Assembly (NCBI GenBank): GCA_004764695.1
Contig: SMSO01000031.1
Coordinates: forward strand, 6,864,761-6,928,760
DNA length: 64,000 bases
Origin: Schizochytrium sp. TIO01
Taxonomy: Eukaryota; Protista; Bigyra: Labyrinthulomycetes
Direction: 5' to 3'
This document shows, piece by piece, positions 49,586 through 63,100 of the stretch; the stretch's first letter is position 1, and every line of letters begins with the position of its first letter. A model generated the notes under the pieces. The model had not been told where the DNA came from and did not search any database. It saw only the letters and a list, made by a program, of their open reading frames with translations. Made by a program: the position numbers and the translations under genes.

Positions 49586-51414
49586 GTGTTGCATTTTAAC
49601 AAAAGAATTAAAGTAACCATACTCGGTGAATATAAATGAGATTAGGGTATGTATTAAATCAGCAGATGAGATGCATCATACAAGCTCTTCCTATGGATCT
49701 TTCTGACTTCTCTTCTCTCACACACGCAACCTCGTAGAACCAGAACGACATCTTAATTATTTATCTTTCCATAAACTGGAACCTTTAATATTAAATATAT
49801 ATATATTTAAGAATAATAATAAAATACTAAAATACTAAGTGTCATAAACGAATATGTACGAACTGCTGCTAATCATGACACTTGCGAATGGAGAATATCC
49901 TTTCATAACGCGAGCCAGTGAAGCAGACGACTCTGTATGGTCATGGTGGGCGACGTTGACCAGGGAGAAGTACCAGCCCTGATCGAGTTTTTTTTTGGCT
50001 TTAAAGAGTCGCTTACTTTGATCCTGTCCGGGAGATCAGTTCTGGGAACTGTGTTGTGCAGGGTCAATCTAGAGTGGACTTAAGCTATCACCTACGCCTG
50101 CATTCCTTTCAGTGATGGTCTTCAATACTGCCAAGGTGGCTAAATGAAATCATTTGGTGAGAAGTACCAACAAACGAGGGTATAAACGAGAGTCGTGCTT
50201 CCAAAAAGAGGATTGTAATTAATGGAAGGTATCCAGCATATCGTTATAGAGATCAGTTTCGGCTGTGATGCTTTCTGCTACAGACCAAATATTTCTAACA
50301 CCCGCGCCGGGCTTGGTGTGCAAATACTTGAATGCATTGTACCAAGACCATGGCCCAGCAAACACCCAGTGAATCACCATATAATTAAACTCCCTGAGTC
50401 TCTCTGTGACCAGCCTTCTCTTTTGGAGACCACTTTCTTGTATAGCTTGCTTGCCTGCTCTGTTTGCTTCATTATCCTTCTGTTTCTTCTGAGATTTGAA
50501 AGACGAAAAAAAGTGAAAGACTATGAATGTCTGCCATATAAACCTTGCTACATTGGAGAAAGCCTGAAAGTCATTAACGAAGTTTAAGGATAGCTTTACT
50601 TATGAATATATAATATACATTTTAATTTATTTTAAAACTTAATACTACATACACTATATAGCAGTAAGTATGATTTTACAGAGACAAAGCTGAAGAAATC
50701 CGTTGAAAGTTCCGTTGTTAAAAATATGAAGCCACAATCGAATCTGAACATGTCAAAACAAGCAGTGTCCGAGCAAAGCTAAAGGGTACAATACTAGTGT
50801 AACATTAAGTTCCCCCCTAGTAGCCGGATAAAAGTCGATCAAAATTGGAAAGCCTGAAGAAGGCTAGAGCACCTAGACTATAATTCAGAAAGAGGATAAA
50901 GTTATGTCGTTAACAAGTATCAATTGTTAGTGCAGCTGATCAATTTATTTAAGTACTAGGCGAACACGTGCGCACCTTTTACTTGGACCGAAACCAGGCA
51001 TATTTAGAAGCCAAAAGTCTTGTCGCAGATTGCTCGAGGTGGAGCCTGCCTCTTGGCAGGGCACAACGCACGGGCCTTCAGAAGCCCGTTGCATGGCGAG
51101 TTTTATAGAACTGTTCGTGGTGCTTGGTTTCGTGGAGTAATTGGAATACCTGTGTCATCAGTTTGGAAAAAGACACACCTGGGCAACTTTTCACGTGTCG
51201 AATTTCGTCAAAATAACTTTGCTGCTCTTCGACGACGTATTCGCAAAGCACAATCTCAGTAGGCACCAGAAAGTAGCTGTGCAGCGTCAGTTCATCAATC
51301 AATACCTTGTCTAGAACCCAGCTCTTGTTCGAGCTTCCAAGGTTATTTGTGAGTACTTCTCCAGATTCATACAAAGGGCAAAAGTTCAAGTAATCTTGAA
51401 GTGAAGCTTGCACA

Positions 51415-53127
51415 ATGGACGATATTGCTGCGTGTATCAAGGACCATCAGTACAATGAGGCCATTCGCAAGACAGTGGTGGACCCGGAGGAGGCGCTAGC
51501 CAAAGCAATCTTAGAGAAGATTCCACACCCACCCAAAAATTCGAATGTGATAATTCCACTCGAGGAGTACATTAAAAAGGTCCGTATTGAGGACGTCAAG
51601 GGCTGCAGCATAGGTCGATTTCTGCTGTGCGATCTTTTGTCAGAACAAGATCCAGATACGTGGAATGAGAAACGTATAAAGCAATTTGAAGATACTTGTG
51701 ACCGTATTGAAGAGTATAAGAATTCACACACCCCTTCTCGGACTGAAGCAGAGCACGTCCAATGCAAGCTTTCAGACCTGGTTAAGAGTTTTGTAAAATT
51801 TGAGCTCGAAGAGGTAGTTAAAGCTGTGGGCGAGGCCATCAAACAACTTGATTTCACGTCCGAGACAACAGAGAATCTTCATAAAGTATTTGACCCCGTA
51901 AATGATATCATTGATGCGAAGGTGTTTTCTCCAGCCTTTGAGCTATTTAAAGCATCAGAGACCGTTCCTCAACGCTTTCAACAGCTAGTTTGGTACCGAG
52001 ACCGCGAAGTGGGAATGGATGACTTTGTGGTTTTTCGAGATCTCGGACGGGGGGCTTTCGGTGTTGTAAGTGGTGCTCGTCATCGAGTGACAGGGCAAAT
52101 GGTGGCCTTGAAAGGCATGAATCGAAAATTGATTAAGGGCAAAAAGGTACTGAAAATGGTCAAGGGAGAATTTGAGATACTTAAAACCCTTGGTGAAAAA
52201 CCATCGCCCTTTTGCGTTTCGCTTGTATACTCTTTTATGGATACAAGCGATCTTTTTCTTGGTTTGCCTTTGTGTACTGGAGGTGACTTGATGTTTCACT
52301 TAAGATCTAATACGCATGGATATGGTGTTGAGCGAGCACGATTCTTCGCAGCTGAAATCCTTCTTGCGCTGGAGCACTTGCACAACCTTGGAATTCTCTA
52401 CCGTGATCTCAAACCAGAAAATGTGCTACTTGATGATCGTGGCCACACAAAAATTTCGGATATGGGCTTAGCAGTTTTGACTGGTCGGACGCCACGAAAC
52501 ATTGGCGATAAGCTCCTTACTGGTCGCGCAGGAACCCCGGGATACTGGCCCCCAGAAATGCTGACAAAGAAGGGGTATGGTTTCGATGCAGACTGGTGGA
52601 GCTATGGTGTTATGCTCTTCGAATTTCTTACCGGTCTCTGCTGCTTTTCTGAGACCTATTCAGGGTGTAAAGATCGTAACGAGGCCACCCTAGAGTATGA
52701 CATCCAATTTCCAGATACATGTTGTGATGAGCCATTTCCTCCAGAAGCAAAGAACTTGATCCTACAGCTACTAGAAAGGGATCGTAGTAAGCGACTCGGT
52801 GCAAACCCAAATGCTGTAGAGATCTTGAAAGCTCACCCATTCTTTGAAACCATGGACTGGCCACACGTTGCTAGTGGTCACATGACACCCCCATGGAAGG
52901 CTCCAGTTGATTCAATTAATGCTGCATCTCAGGAAGAACTGCAAGGCCGCAGTAAAGAGCATGAGTTCAAGAAACTTAAACTTACAGAAGAGGACAATAT
53001 TCAAGGCATCAACTATAAATCAAAAAATCATGAGCGAGATATGGTCACAGTTCTGCATCTAGAAAAGAAAGGACGTTTGACACATCTCGATGCCTCAGTG
53101 ACAAGTGGTGCTTGTACAATTCTCTAA
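51415..53127 (+). CDS. G-protein-coupled receptor kinase-like (RGS-homology region + AGC kinase + CAAX)
   Basis: GRK-like N-terminal helix MDDIAACIKDHQYNEA and RH-like SIGRFLLCDLL. Kinase motifs LGRGAFGVV, VALK, GGDLMFHL, RARFFAAEILLALEHLH, YRDLKPENVLLD, ISDMGLA (DxG instead of DFG, as in GRKs) and GTPGY. C-terminus is CTIL. Confidence 0.88.
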   Translation: MDDIAACIKDHQYNEAIRKTVVDPEEALAKAILEKIPHPPKNSNVIIPLEEYIKKVRIEDVKGCSIGRFLLCDLLSEQDPDTWNEKRIKQFEDTCDRIEEYKNSHTPSRTEAEHVQCKLSDLVKSFVKFELEEVVKAVGEAIKQLDFTSETTENLHKVFDPVNDIIDAKVFSPAFELFKASETVPQRFQQLVWYRDREVGMDDFVVFRDLGRGAFGVVSGARHRVTGQMVALKGMNRKLIKGKKVLKMVKGEFEILKTLGEKPSPFCVSLVYSFMDTSDLFLGLPLCTGGDLMFHLRSNTHGYGVERARFFAAEILLALEHLHNLGILYRDLKPENVLLDDRGHTKISDMGLAVLTGRTPRNIGDKLLTGRAGTPGYWPPEMLTKKGYGFDADWWSYGVMLFEFLTGLCCFSETYSGCKDRNEATLEYDIQFPDTCCDEPFPPEAKNLILQLLERDRSKRLGANPNAVEILKAHPFFETMDWPHVASGHMTPPWKAPVDSINAASQEELQGRSKEHEFKKLKLTEEDNIQGINYKSKNHERDMVTVLHLEKKGRLTHLDASVTSGACTIL

Positions 53128-53490
53128 GTAATCCTAAGTAATAACAAATAGTGAAAGTGTATTTTCTTTTAGATTCATCTAATATGATAATTCTTGACGT
53201 TGAGGATGATAATATTGAGGATAACTACAAATTTAATAAATCCTTTCAGAAGGAGTTTTCTATCGAAGTCCTAGATGTTCATCCACTAAATTTGTCTACC
53301 ATTGTGTTCTATTACGTCAAGATGATTTTTGTTTTCATCTTTTACCTCAATCGCTGTACACCATTTGCCTAATATAAAGGAATGCTAAGTAAGCAAATTA
53401 AATGCGGTTTTCTTCGAGTTGGAGAACTGCAAATTACCTCTAACCTATTCGGTGAAAATTGACCTAAAGCTTGAAGGAAGCGTGGCTACT

Positions 53491-54324
53491 TCAAATGAAT
53501 TTTGCCAAGGTCACAGCGGCATTGGCAAATACCCGCTCGCCTTCCGGAGAAAAGTCTGGACTTAGCGACCTCAGAGAATTCTCCGGCTCACTAAGAACAA
53601 TTTCTACACCAAGAGCCTCGAGTGCCTTCAAATCGCGAGAAAGATCTTGCTCATTGAAACTAGTAAACAGAGCGTAGCAGTTTGAACCTTTGAGACCCAC
53701 AAGCGCATCCTGCCAGTGTTGAGACTCCTTTGCGTGACCAATACCACTATTAAAAAAGGCAAAAAAGTCTGCATCCATGACCCTAGAACTGTCCTGCAGA
53801 CGCTTTTGCTCTACCGAAAATGACACACGACGACAATTTAAAGAATCATCGTTGTTAACATTGGTTTGGTCCTCAGAAGCTGTTCGAAGTTGTTCATGGA
53901 TGCGAGGGCCAGAAGCATTTGCGTGTGGTCCTACAAAATGCAGATTCCAGTGATCCACCGTCGAAGTGCCAGGCCCAAACTCAGCCATTGATGCCATACA
54001 CTCCCAATAAAGCGCTGGCAATGTTGACTCTGCGCGTGCACCGACAATGCTCACATTCACAGCATTTTTCCCCTCCGCAGTTTTCGCATACTTCGCCAGG
54101 GTGAGCGGATATGATAGCAGTTTCGTGAGCACTGCTGCGCCGCCCGAGCTGGCATGTGTTTGGAGCCATGACTCCAGCCCAAAGGCCTGCACAAGAGAGT
54201 CCCACGATTTCAAATCTTCTCGAGTGCCTGATCGACGTCCAGAAAGAACACGCGGAATGAGCACCTCACGTTCCAGAGATGCCAGGGCTCGCGCCATGGC
54301 TTCGTGGCGAGCCAACTGAGCCAT
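53491..54324 (-). CDS. MSS51-like C-terminal domain protein (no MYND finger visible)
   Basis: Motifs LSYPLTL, IVGARAESTLP..W, LHFVGP, FNSGIGH....W, FTSFNE.D...D and EN.LRS...AN are typical of the MSS51 C-terminal domain. Confidence 0.75.
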   Translation of the reverse strand: MAQLARHEAMARALASLEREVLIPRVLSGRRSGTREDLKSWDSLVQAFGLESWLQTHASSGGAAVLTKLLSYPLTLAKYAKTAEGKNAVNVSIVGARAESTLPALYWECMASMAEFGPGTSTVDHWNLHFVGPHANASGPRIHEQLRTASEDQTNVNNDDSLNCRRVSFSVEQKRLQDSSRVMDADFFAFFNSGIGHAKESQHWQDALVGLKGSNCYALFTSFNEQDLSRDLKALEALGVEIVLSEPENSLRSLSPDFSPEGERVFANAAVTLAKFI

Positions 54325-55809
54325 TTCTTCTAAGAATAAATTATTTAAAGATCTTCAAGTCCTTCCCAAGAGCGCGGGTAAGCTCGGAGTTACTTCTTTA
54401 GCACGCTTGGAGTGTCTGCTATTCACGAGGGCAGCACATGCAACACTGGATTGCACAATGCTCTATGACTCGTGTGATGAAATTCGCTGCGTCTGGTTAT
54501 TGCTACTTAGGCTTATTATTTTGTGTTAAGCATTTTTTCTTGTCATGTTTGTCATTTTTAATTTTTTTTTTTAAGTTTTTGTTTTGCGGCATTCTGTTTT
54601 CTGATCATTTGTTTTGTGTTTTGTGGTGCTAGGTACGTTTGAGTTGTGATCAAAAGGATTGAAAAGGTAGTCTATGATGTATAGGATTTATGAAAAGTAG
54701 GATTGTTTTCAAGGAAAAGGACAGCTTTTGAGAGCACATTTGTCAAGAATAGTGGCAAAGAGGATCTCTGATTCTATGTTCTATCCTGATTTCAACTCAA
54801 AGTGGTTTGCTCCAAATCCTTTCATTCCTCACTCACTCGTGGATCGTGTGAGGTCCATCCAAAGTAGACGCCGATCCAGGAAGCCAATTGGTAAGCAAAA
54901 GAACTTGCTTCTGTAAATAATCTTTGAAATTGCAATCCTCCGGTTCTGCTATATTACATATGTATAATCCTTTGTTGTCCTGGTAGAGATTAAGTGCATG
55001 TTGATCTGCTGAGGTCACTTTGGTCCTCTATGAATGTTTCAACTGCAGCTGAATGGTCCGCAAAAACCCTGCGTAAGCTTGTCGCGAACCTACTTTTGAA
55101 TGTTCTGAATTGGCCGATGCCAATTTTTAATTTGCAGTGGAGGAAAAAAAAGACTGAGGTTTTAGAGGTTTGCGTGCAAGAAATTTTTGCCTTAATTATG
55201 ATTTTAATATATGTTCCTGGCCCTTGCTCTTAACCATGTATCGTATCGAGCGATATTGAACATTCTTAGAAAAGTTGAATGAGGAAGTAGATGACGATTC
55301 TGATGAACAAACAATCCAATGAGCAACCAATTACATTTGCTGCATTCCAAAAGAAGCGCAATCAACGAAAGAGTAAATTAGGACTGTAACGCACTTCTTT
55401 TTGAAGCTTCTAGCCCCTGAAGACGAGAAGTTTAGCCACAGATGTATCTCTGATAAATTCTCCAAGATTAAAGACGTCTATTATGTTCTCTTTCTCTTTC
55501 CTATTCTATATTGTTATTATTATTATTTCTATTTTTATTTTTATTTGAAAAATTAAAATTGAAAATTCTCGTCATTTTTTTCAACAATTATTTCTAGGCC
55601 TAATTTTTATTTTATTTTGGCAAATATTTTTGAAGTATTTGCCAAGGGTTTTCCTAATAAATCTGGACGGGCAATCCAGACAAACCAGCGTTGGCATGTG
55701 GAGTAGGATTGCTGGGGCTTCGAAAGCATCGGCGACCTGGACCAAAGTAAGGCGCGCGTCAGTGATTTGGAGAGCTCTAGCAGCGCTTTTGTGGAACCTA
55801 ACAGTAGTC

Positions 55810-56544
55810 ATGGCAGAGCAACCTGCCGAAGCACCTTTGCTGCTAGGCTGGCGCGAGTTTCCTGTGGATTGCAGTCGTGGTGAACTTGTGGTGGGCGGGC
55901 AAACAGTATTGGCCGCAGAGGTGCCGAACTCCGGTCAAGGCACAGGCCTTGTGGTATGGGACGGTAGTATCGTACTAGCAAAATTTGTGGAACATCTTGA
56001 ACATGATTCTCGACAACACGGATCGAAAAATGCAATTCGGAGCGGTAAAGTCCTTGAACTGGGCTGTGGAACTGGCATCGTGGGCCTTGCAGCAGCAGCC
56101 CTTGGAGCAGACAAGGTATATCTTACGGATCTCGCGTATGCTTTGGAGAACACTCGTGAGAATGTAGAAAAGAATGAAGCCTTAAAAGATCGTGTGGAAG
56201 TCTTCCCACTTGACTGGACTGCGGAGATTCAAGATGAACGTGCAGTTGGAGGCCAGCTCACACACATCTTGGCTGCGGACGTTATTTGGATTCCGGAGCT
56301 TGTTGTGCCATTTGTTAACACGCTGGAACGCCTTGCAAAAGCCAATGCCAACCTGCAAAAGATACTCTTTGCACACCAGACCAGAGCACTGCGCACTGAC
56401 GAAATGCTGTGGGCAGAACTGCGCTCTCGTGGGTTCGAGATTATTGAAATTTCGGCAGAAAAATACCATCCCGAATTTATGAGTAAACGCATCAAAATCT
56501 ACGAGTTTAAATCTGGCAGTCAAAACGTTTGCGATGCTTCATAA
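55810..56544 (+). CDS. METTL21/Methyltransf_16-family protein-lysine methyltransferase
   Basis: Motifs: GTGLVVWDGSIVLA, VLELGCGTGIVGL, VYLTD, LDW, ILAADVIW. The likely ATG is 55810, although the ORF is open from 55630. Confidence 0.88.
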   Translation: MAEQPAEAPLLLGWREFPVDCSRGELVVGGQTVLAAEVPNSGQGTGLVVWDGSIVLAKFVEHLEHDSRQHGSKNAIRSGKVLELGCGTGIVGLAAAALGADKVYLTDLAYALENTRENVEKNEALKDRVEVFPLDWTAEIQDERAVGGQLTHILAADVIWIPELVVPFVNTLERLAKANANLQKILFAHQTRALRTDEMLWAELRSRGFEIIEISAEKYHPEFMSKRIKIYEFKSGSQNVCDAS

Positions 56545-57177
56545 TTCCTATATATTGAGAATGAAGAAAACAAGTAAGGGTTAGCAGCAGTAGTGTCACT
56601 AAATCATGAGCTTTGTCCTCCGATCCGAGATTTGGGCTTGTATGGCGTTGTCTGCATTTCGCCTAATGGCCTAAATGGGTGTAGTATATATTGCTACTTC
56701 GAGTTCGGGCTCTACATCTAATTTGAAGGGAATTATCAGGGCTGCTATTCTTCATGAATGTGTTATTTTGCTTGTGAATATGAAAATCATATCTCCGCGC
56801 AAATTATAACGGGCAAGCCCCTGTTATGTCGCCAATAACATCCTGATGATGTTTAAGGGGTATTATTGCTTTAGATGTAAAGAAGCACATGATGAGTCGG
56901 GACCTGACCTTTCATTTTTCTTTTCTTTTTCTGTACTGAATGTTATGGAATGACTTCGCCACAATGATACACGAGATAAAGCCTAATCAGTGGAACAACT
57001 TTTCTTTCTTTTCTTAAATCTCGTGATATGTATCGTATGACTGTTGCGAGATTCAGGTGTTCTCATTTTGTTCTTATTTTTATTGACCAGTTCAAATAAT
57101 ATGAAAATATATATAACTTAATAGAAATTTATTCTGTCTTAACCATTTACATTTCAACAGCCATCGCTTACCTGGGC

Positions 57178-60100
57178 CTATGCCCGAACTGTATTCATCG
57201 GCTCGTCGTCGTATTCATCCTCACTAGACTCGTTGACACCCCCGCCTGTATCATCGTCACTGCCGTTATCACTATCATCGTCATCACTATTGTCATTAAA
57301 GTTAGTGATGTATGCGCTGACTGGGGCGCCGCGGCCTATACCAGCAACCGCACTTGCAGTAGAGCGCACGGCGGATGATGCACCACCAGAGGCGCCGCTA
57401 CTCATTCCATAGTCGTTGTCAATAGCACTCGGAACAATAGATTGGGAAGCACGACGGTCAAGGATAACTGTATCTGGGTCATCTTTTTCCTGCCGAAGTC
57501 GATATATTTTGACAGCAAAGACAGCAAAAATGATAGCTAGCAAACAGCTCGCGCCAATCACCATGTAGACAATTGGGTTAGTTTTGGTTTCTTCTGAAGA
57601 TGAAGACAAATTATTTCCAGAAGGAGCCAGGGTGATACTTCCTTCGTTCGAGGAGCCCGAATCAGTCCCGTTAGTGGCATCGTCACAGGGTTGATCTGTA
57701 AGCACGGCTTCGAATAAAGCAGTTTCAGCAGCAGTGATGCTGAGGTTGGCAAGTTTGAGAAGATTTCTAGAAAGTGGAGTAAGGCATGATGCTCCCACAG
57801 TGCATGAAAGCACCTTTTGCCATGAACCAGGTGTTCCGGCCTCAGGCAGTGCAGCTGCAGATGCAAATTTATCAGCACATTCGTCTGTGTCTGTAAGTGC
57901 ATCTGCTGGAAGCCAAAGAATCAGATTGTCCAGAATGCCTCCTGATTTGTACAAAAGTTCAAGCAAATCAGCTTTACTAGCGGTAGTCAGCTGACAAATA
58001 CTCTCAATGCCTGCATCAACTCCATCAGGAAAAAGTTGCCCAATCAATGGAAGTTGATTTTTGTAAGCCTGAATTAGAAGCTCAAGACAGGAACCTTCAT
58101 TTACACATGCAGTACTCTTATCTGCCAATGATGTCATACATGTCTCATCGTCGATATCTACCATGTTGAGCACAAGTTCCATTAACTCAGGCCAATAGGT
58201 ATTTAGAGTTTTTATCATTACGTCCATGTCTGACAACGAACTTGCGTACAGGTCTGTGTAGTTGCAGATTTCATGAATGATTTGAGAAGTCTTGCTAGGA
58301 AGGAAGGGGCCCCACAGAGGTAAGGTTTCAAGACCGTTTGTAAGGGAATCGATACATGTGTCGCTGATATGGCACAAACTTTTGACAGGGGCAAGAATGT
58401 ATCCGGTAGTATTCACAATGTCTAAAGAGAAACGCTCTAGCTGAGTTGCACAACTGGTATCCCCTGTGATACTTTGAGTTACAATATACATGAGTTTGCT
58501 CAAAGTATTCTCAACAAACTCTTTCCAGGTTGACGTTTCTGCTGCAAACTCACAAATGCCATCAAAAAGAGGAGACAACCCCTTTGGAATGTAATCTCCA
58601 ACCAGAGGTAAAGTCTCAAGTCCATCACTCAATTGAGCAACACATGTTGCGTTTTGACACATTGTTGATACAGAGATGTCACTAATTTGCTCAAGCCATG
58701 TTTCACAGTTCGTATCAACACCAGCCATAAGTCCTGCAATTTGTAGAAGAATGGGCCCCTCTTTTGCAAGGTACGTAGAAAGTGAAGCGCGATTTACTAC
58801 ATCATCGTCAGCCATGAGGTCGCAGGTATCTTTGATTAATGTTTCAACATCGTTCGGAACATATAGGCCAACATATGGCAAGTTCTGCAGCTTTGCTGCT
58901 ACTTCAGCAAGACAGGTCGCATTTGGGACCTTTGTGCATAAGGTATCTGCATCAATTGCCCCACCCCGGCTTTTAAAGAGGGCGGCAACATCCTCAACTT
59001 GACTCGTACACGAGGTGTCCAGGTCTAACAAAGATGCTGTCGATGACAATAATTGGGGAATAGCCTCAAGAGCAACGTCTCTCGATGTAGCGTTCATGAT
59101 AATACATGTTGTACTGAGAACTTCACCGGTACGTGGGTGCAAATATTCATTTACCACAGGCATCGTTGTTAGCTTTGCGCATGCGTATTGGATGCAGTTA
59201 GGGCTGACTTCTGAGCAAAACGGGTACATTCTAAAGGCGTCACTATTTTCCTCTGCGTAGGAAATTAACATTGTACCGCATCCAAGTGACGAAGTATTAG
59301 CAGTCGAAAGAAGACGCCCATCTCCTGGGGCAACCTCATCACCAAGAACTTTGCCAAGCAAGAGTAGAACCCTAGGTAGCATGCGAATAAATGCACTGTT
59401 TGCAGTTTCAGAGATCTCGAGATAGTCGCTTCCGCGTACTTCTGATTGTAGGACACATGCATCGTTAAGAATACTTGGAATGCTGTCCGGAATGTATTGA
59501 CCAACAAGAGGAAGTTCTTGTAGAGCATCAATTACGTTGCTGGTACAATTATTTGACAGGAGACACAGGTTGCGAATGTTTACACTGCCCGTGCGTTTAT
59601 TCACAACGTAATCCTCGATCTGGGTCTGGCACGAGCCACTAATGTCGAGGTGGCCCCCAATGATGATTTTACCAAGTAGTTCGATTATAGTAGGGACATG
59701 CTCCATTAAAGAGGAGATACTATCACCGTCTTTCAATACTCCGCACAGTGCTCCAATAAGTTGATCGGTTCCAATCGGTAGATAATCTCCGATGAAAGGG
59801 ATACTACTGAGTGTTTTTACAACTTCAGTTGTGCATTCAGATGACATTCCCGTGCAAAACATCTCTGCATCGAAGTCTTCAACCAAAATACTCGACTTGA
59901 TCTCCGCTGCACATGTGTCCGAAGGATACCCCAGCATAAACGCGAGGATATCTAGTAGTGACCCGAGGTAGGGCAAGAGGGCAAAAATGGTTTCGTCGCC
60001 TGATGTCAAGACTTCGCACCCAGTCACAAGGAGTTCGCTAATACCATCAGGTGCAAGGCTCGGCAAATTATTCGCCAACTCCTGGACACACTGTGTACCA

Positions 60101-63100
60101 AGGCTCGTACAAATCTTTAGCGGGGTTGTCGTGTCAACATCCTTGGATGCGCAAGTGCTATTTGAATCTTCAAAGACAGTCTGAATGATAACCGGGAGGT
60201 AAGTTTCAATAAAGTCTGCCATTGACCCATCGCCTGATTGTACGGCACACAAATCAACAACTACGTCAGAGGCCCATGAAGGAATGAACTTGCCTAGCAA
60301 CGGCAGAGCTGAGAGTTTAGAAAAGTACTCTGCTAAGCAGTCATCCCCAATTGAGCAAAGGTTAGATACATTGACAGGCAAAAGGCAGCTATCTTGAACA
60401 CCTGCTATAATTCCAGCATTTCTCATGAGAACAGGCATGTCGGTTTTAAGGAACGACTCTTCATCAATGTCACTATCTTGAAACAGTTTACAGCCACTGT
60501 CAAGACTATCAATGAAAGCTTCAACAACACCATCTGGTATGTGTTCCCCAATGTATTCAATTTCTTCGAGTTTGTCATTAAGCTCCAGGACACAAGCTCT
60601 CACTTCATCTGAAGATTCACAGACAAATGTTACTCCATCAATCTCAGTTGTTGCATCGGAGCTGAGGGGCACAACAGACTCCAAAACTGTCAAACAGGTG
60701 TCGCTCACTTGAGGAGCAAGATCTTCTATGAAAGGCATGCTTTTCATTGTTCTGAGCGCATCAATAAAGTCTGGGATTTTAAAAATAAACTCAGATAAAT
60801 TGATGCCTTCCATGCCTGTTGCAATATCATTCATCATTTCGCAGGCCTCAATAACTACGTCGTAAATAAGCTTCTTAACATAAGCCTCCAGAGAATCATA
60901 TTCTCCATCTGTAGCTACTTCAAAAATACTACGGACTTGCGAAATTGTATCAAGTTGGTGTGCAATGTAAACAATGCAATCATTGCCATCATCATCTAGG
61001 CCACAAACGGTGGTGATAATTGCATCTGATGTGTCAATTTCCTCGGCAAATGAGTCAACAACCTCAAGACACTCACTTTTAAATGTTGGAACGTATTCAC
61101 TAATGACAGGAAAGCTATTAAGCTCTTCCATGATATGCAAAATGTCACTCAGAGAATACATAATTGAAGACGCAGTGATTTCAGCAATTTCATCCAGTAG
61201 CGAGCAGGCGTACTCCCTAATGTCAAAAGCACTGTCCACCATGGTACTTAATGAATAGTTGCCTCCCAGTGAAGAGGATAAAGATGACATCAGAGGGATC
61301 GCTACAATGGCGTGGCCGGCTTCGCGAAAACATGCCCCCTCTGCTTCATTGAATGAACACAAAATAGATGTAAGGCCAGAAAAGTCAATACTGCCGAATA
61401 TATTCACGAGACCCATCTCATTCACAATTGCTGCTCCGTTTTCGAGTTTTGCGGTGATATTAACAGCAAACAGGGTCTTACACTCGGAGGAGATTACTGG
61501 AATATAAGATGACAGAAAATCCATCTCCTCCAGTTGGCTAAGAATCGTGATTAGATCTGGTAGCGCAGATACAAAGCCAAGATAGTCTGTATCTTCAGTA
61601 GAAAGCCAAAGAGGGCACGCGGTCGTTTCCATGAGGCTAATTACGTTACTCATCAGCCCCTCCGGGATAGTGTCGGAAACCAATGGAAGCTGCTCAATTG
61701 CGGTCGATGCTTTCCGAAGGCAGGCAAATTCAGAAGAGGTAGCTTCACAAATTTCATCAGGAAGCATGTCAACGGAAACTTCACTAAAGCGACTGGCCAT
61801 GTCCTGCATTTCTGAGTGACATTCTGTGCCAATATCAACATCATAAAGCCCAAGAGAGCGTGCCACAACATCTACTTTTTCAAAAAGCACCATCAACTCG
61901 GGGAGATGGCGCAAAATATCAGTTGCCTCAATCGTACTAGAGCCAATGATCTCACAAACTGACGGAATAAGCTGGACTGTGGCGTTCAATAAATCCTCAA
62001 GGCCTGACGTGAAGTTTAGAATGTCGATAGATGCTCCAAGTTCAACAATACATGTTGTCTCAGAGGTTGTAAGACCACACATGACACTCACAGGGTCCAA
62101 TGTTTCTGACGTCAAGCGAGTAGTTAATTCCACAACGCTGGAAATACAAATATCTGGAACCCATGGTACATAGGCTTGTAAGGCTGGGTAACCATGAAGC
62201 TCTCGCAAAAGATCAAAGGCAGCTGGTAAAGCTGATATGATACCTTCAAAACTAATCTCCCCTAGCTCATCCATTGCTACGCACAGAATATCTGGCAGGG
62301 CATCCATAACTGTGCGCACGAGGGATTGCCCAGAGACAGCCATTTCTTCGAGATCGCCGTAAAGGAAGTTGCGGAAAAACTCCGTTTCCTCGAGGTTGTC
62401 GCCAAGAAGTGCGATGCATTCGCGATCGTCGTCAACCAGCAGACAGAGCTTCTGAGCTTTAAAGTTGGTCAACAATGCACTAATACGAGGATAGGAGATG
62501 TCCGTGCAGTTTCCACCTGGGATTTGTGGGAAATAATCTTCAAAAAGCGAGGGAGCCAATCGATTTGCAAGATCAATTGCATACAAAATTGTATCGAGAT
62601 GGCCCAAAATAGATGTAATATCAACATCGGTGTCATAAGACAGTGCAGCACACGCAGCGTCGAGTGGATCACCGAGTAATGTACTAATTAGGTCATCACG
62701 TCCTAGCATCGAATTCACAAAACTAATATCCTCGATAGTGCTACCGAGGCTGCGAATGCAGACCTTGCCAGCATCTGTTATTCCTCCGCAAAGTATATCA
62801 AGGATATCTCCATTGTTGATCGCTGCTGCAATATCTTCCAGGACAGACTCTGTGCACTCTTCATCGGGAAATGCAGGCAAAAAGGTTGGCCCAACAGCAG
62901 TTGCCGCATCGGCATAGACTTGGGCAACGTCTGGGATACTAAGGATGGCTTCTGTGACATTCACATTACCTGTTTCATCTAGAACGCGTGCGATTACAGA
63001 GCAGATTCGTGGCATAATTTTCTGAGTAAAGGCAACAATGACAGTCTCAACAGAAAGGCTGGATAATCCAATAAGAGGGCTTTGATCAACTTGCGCTCCA

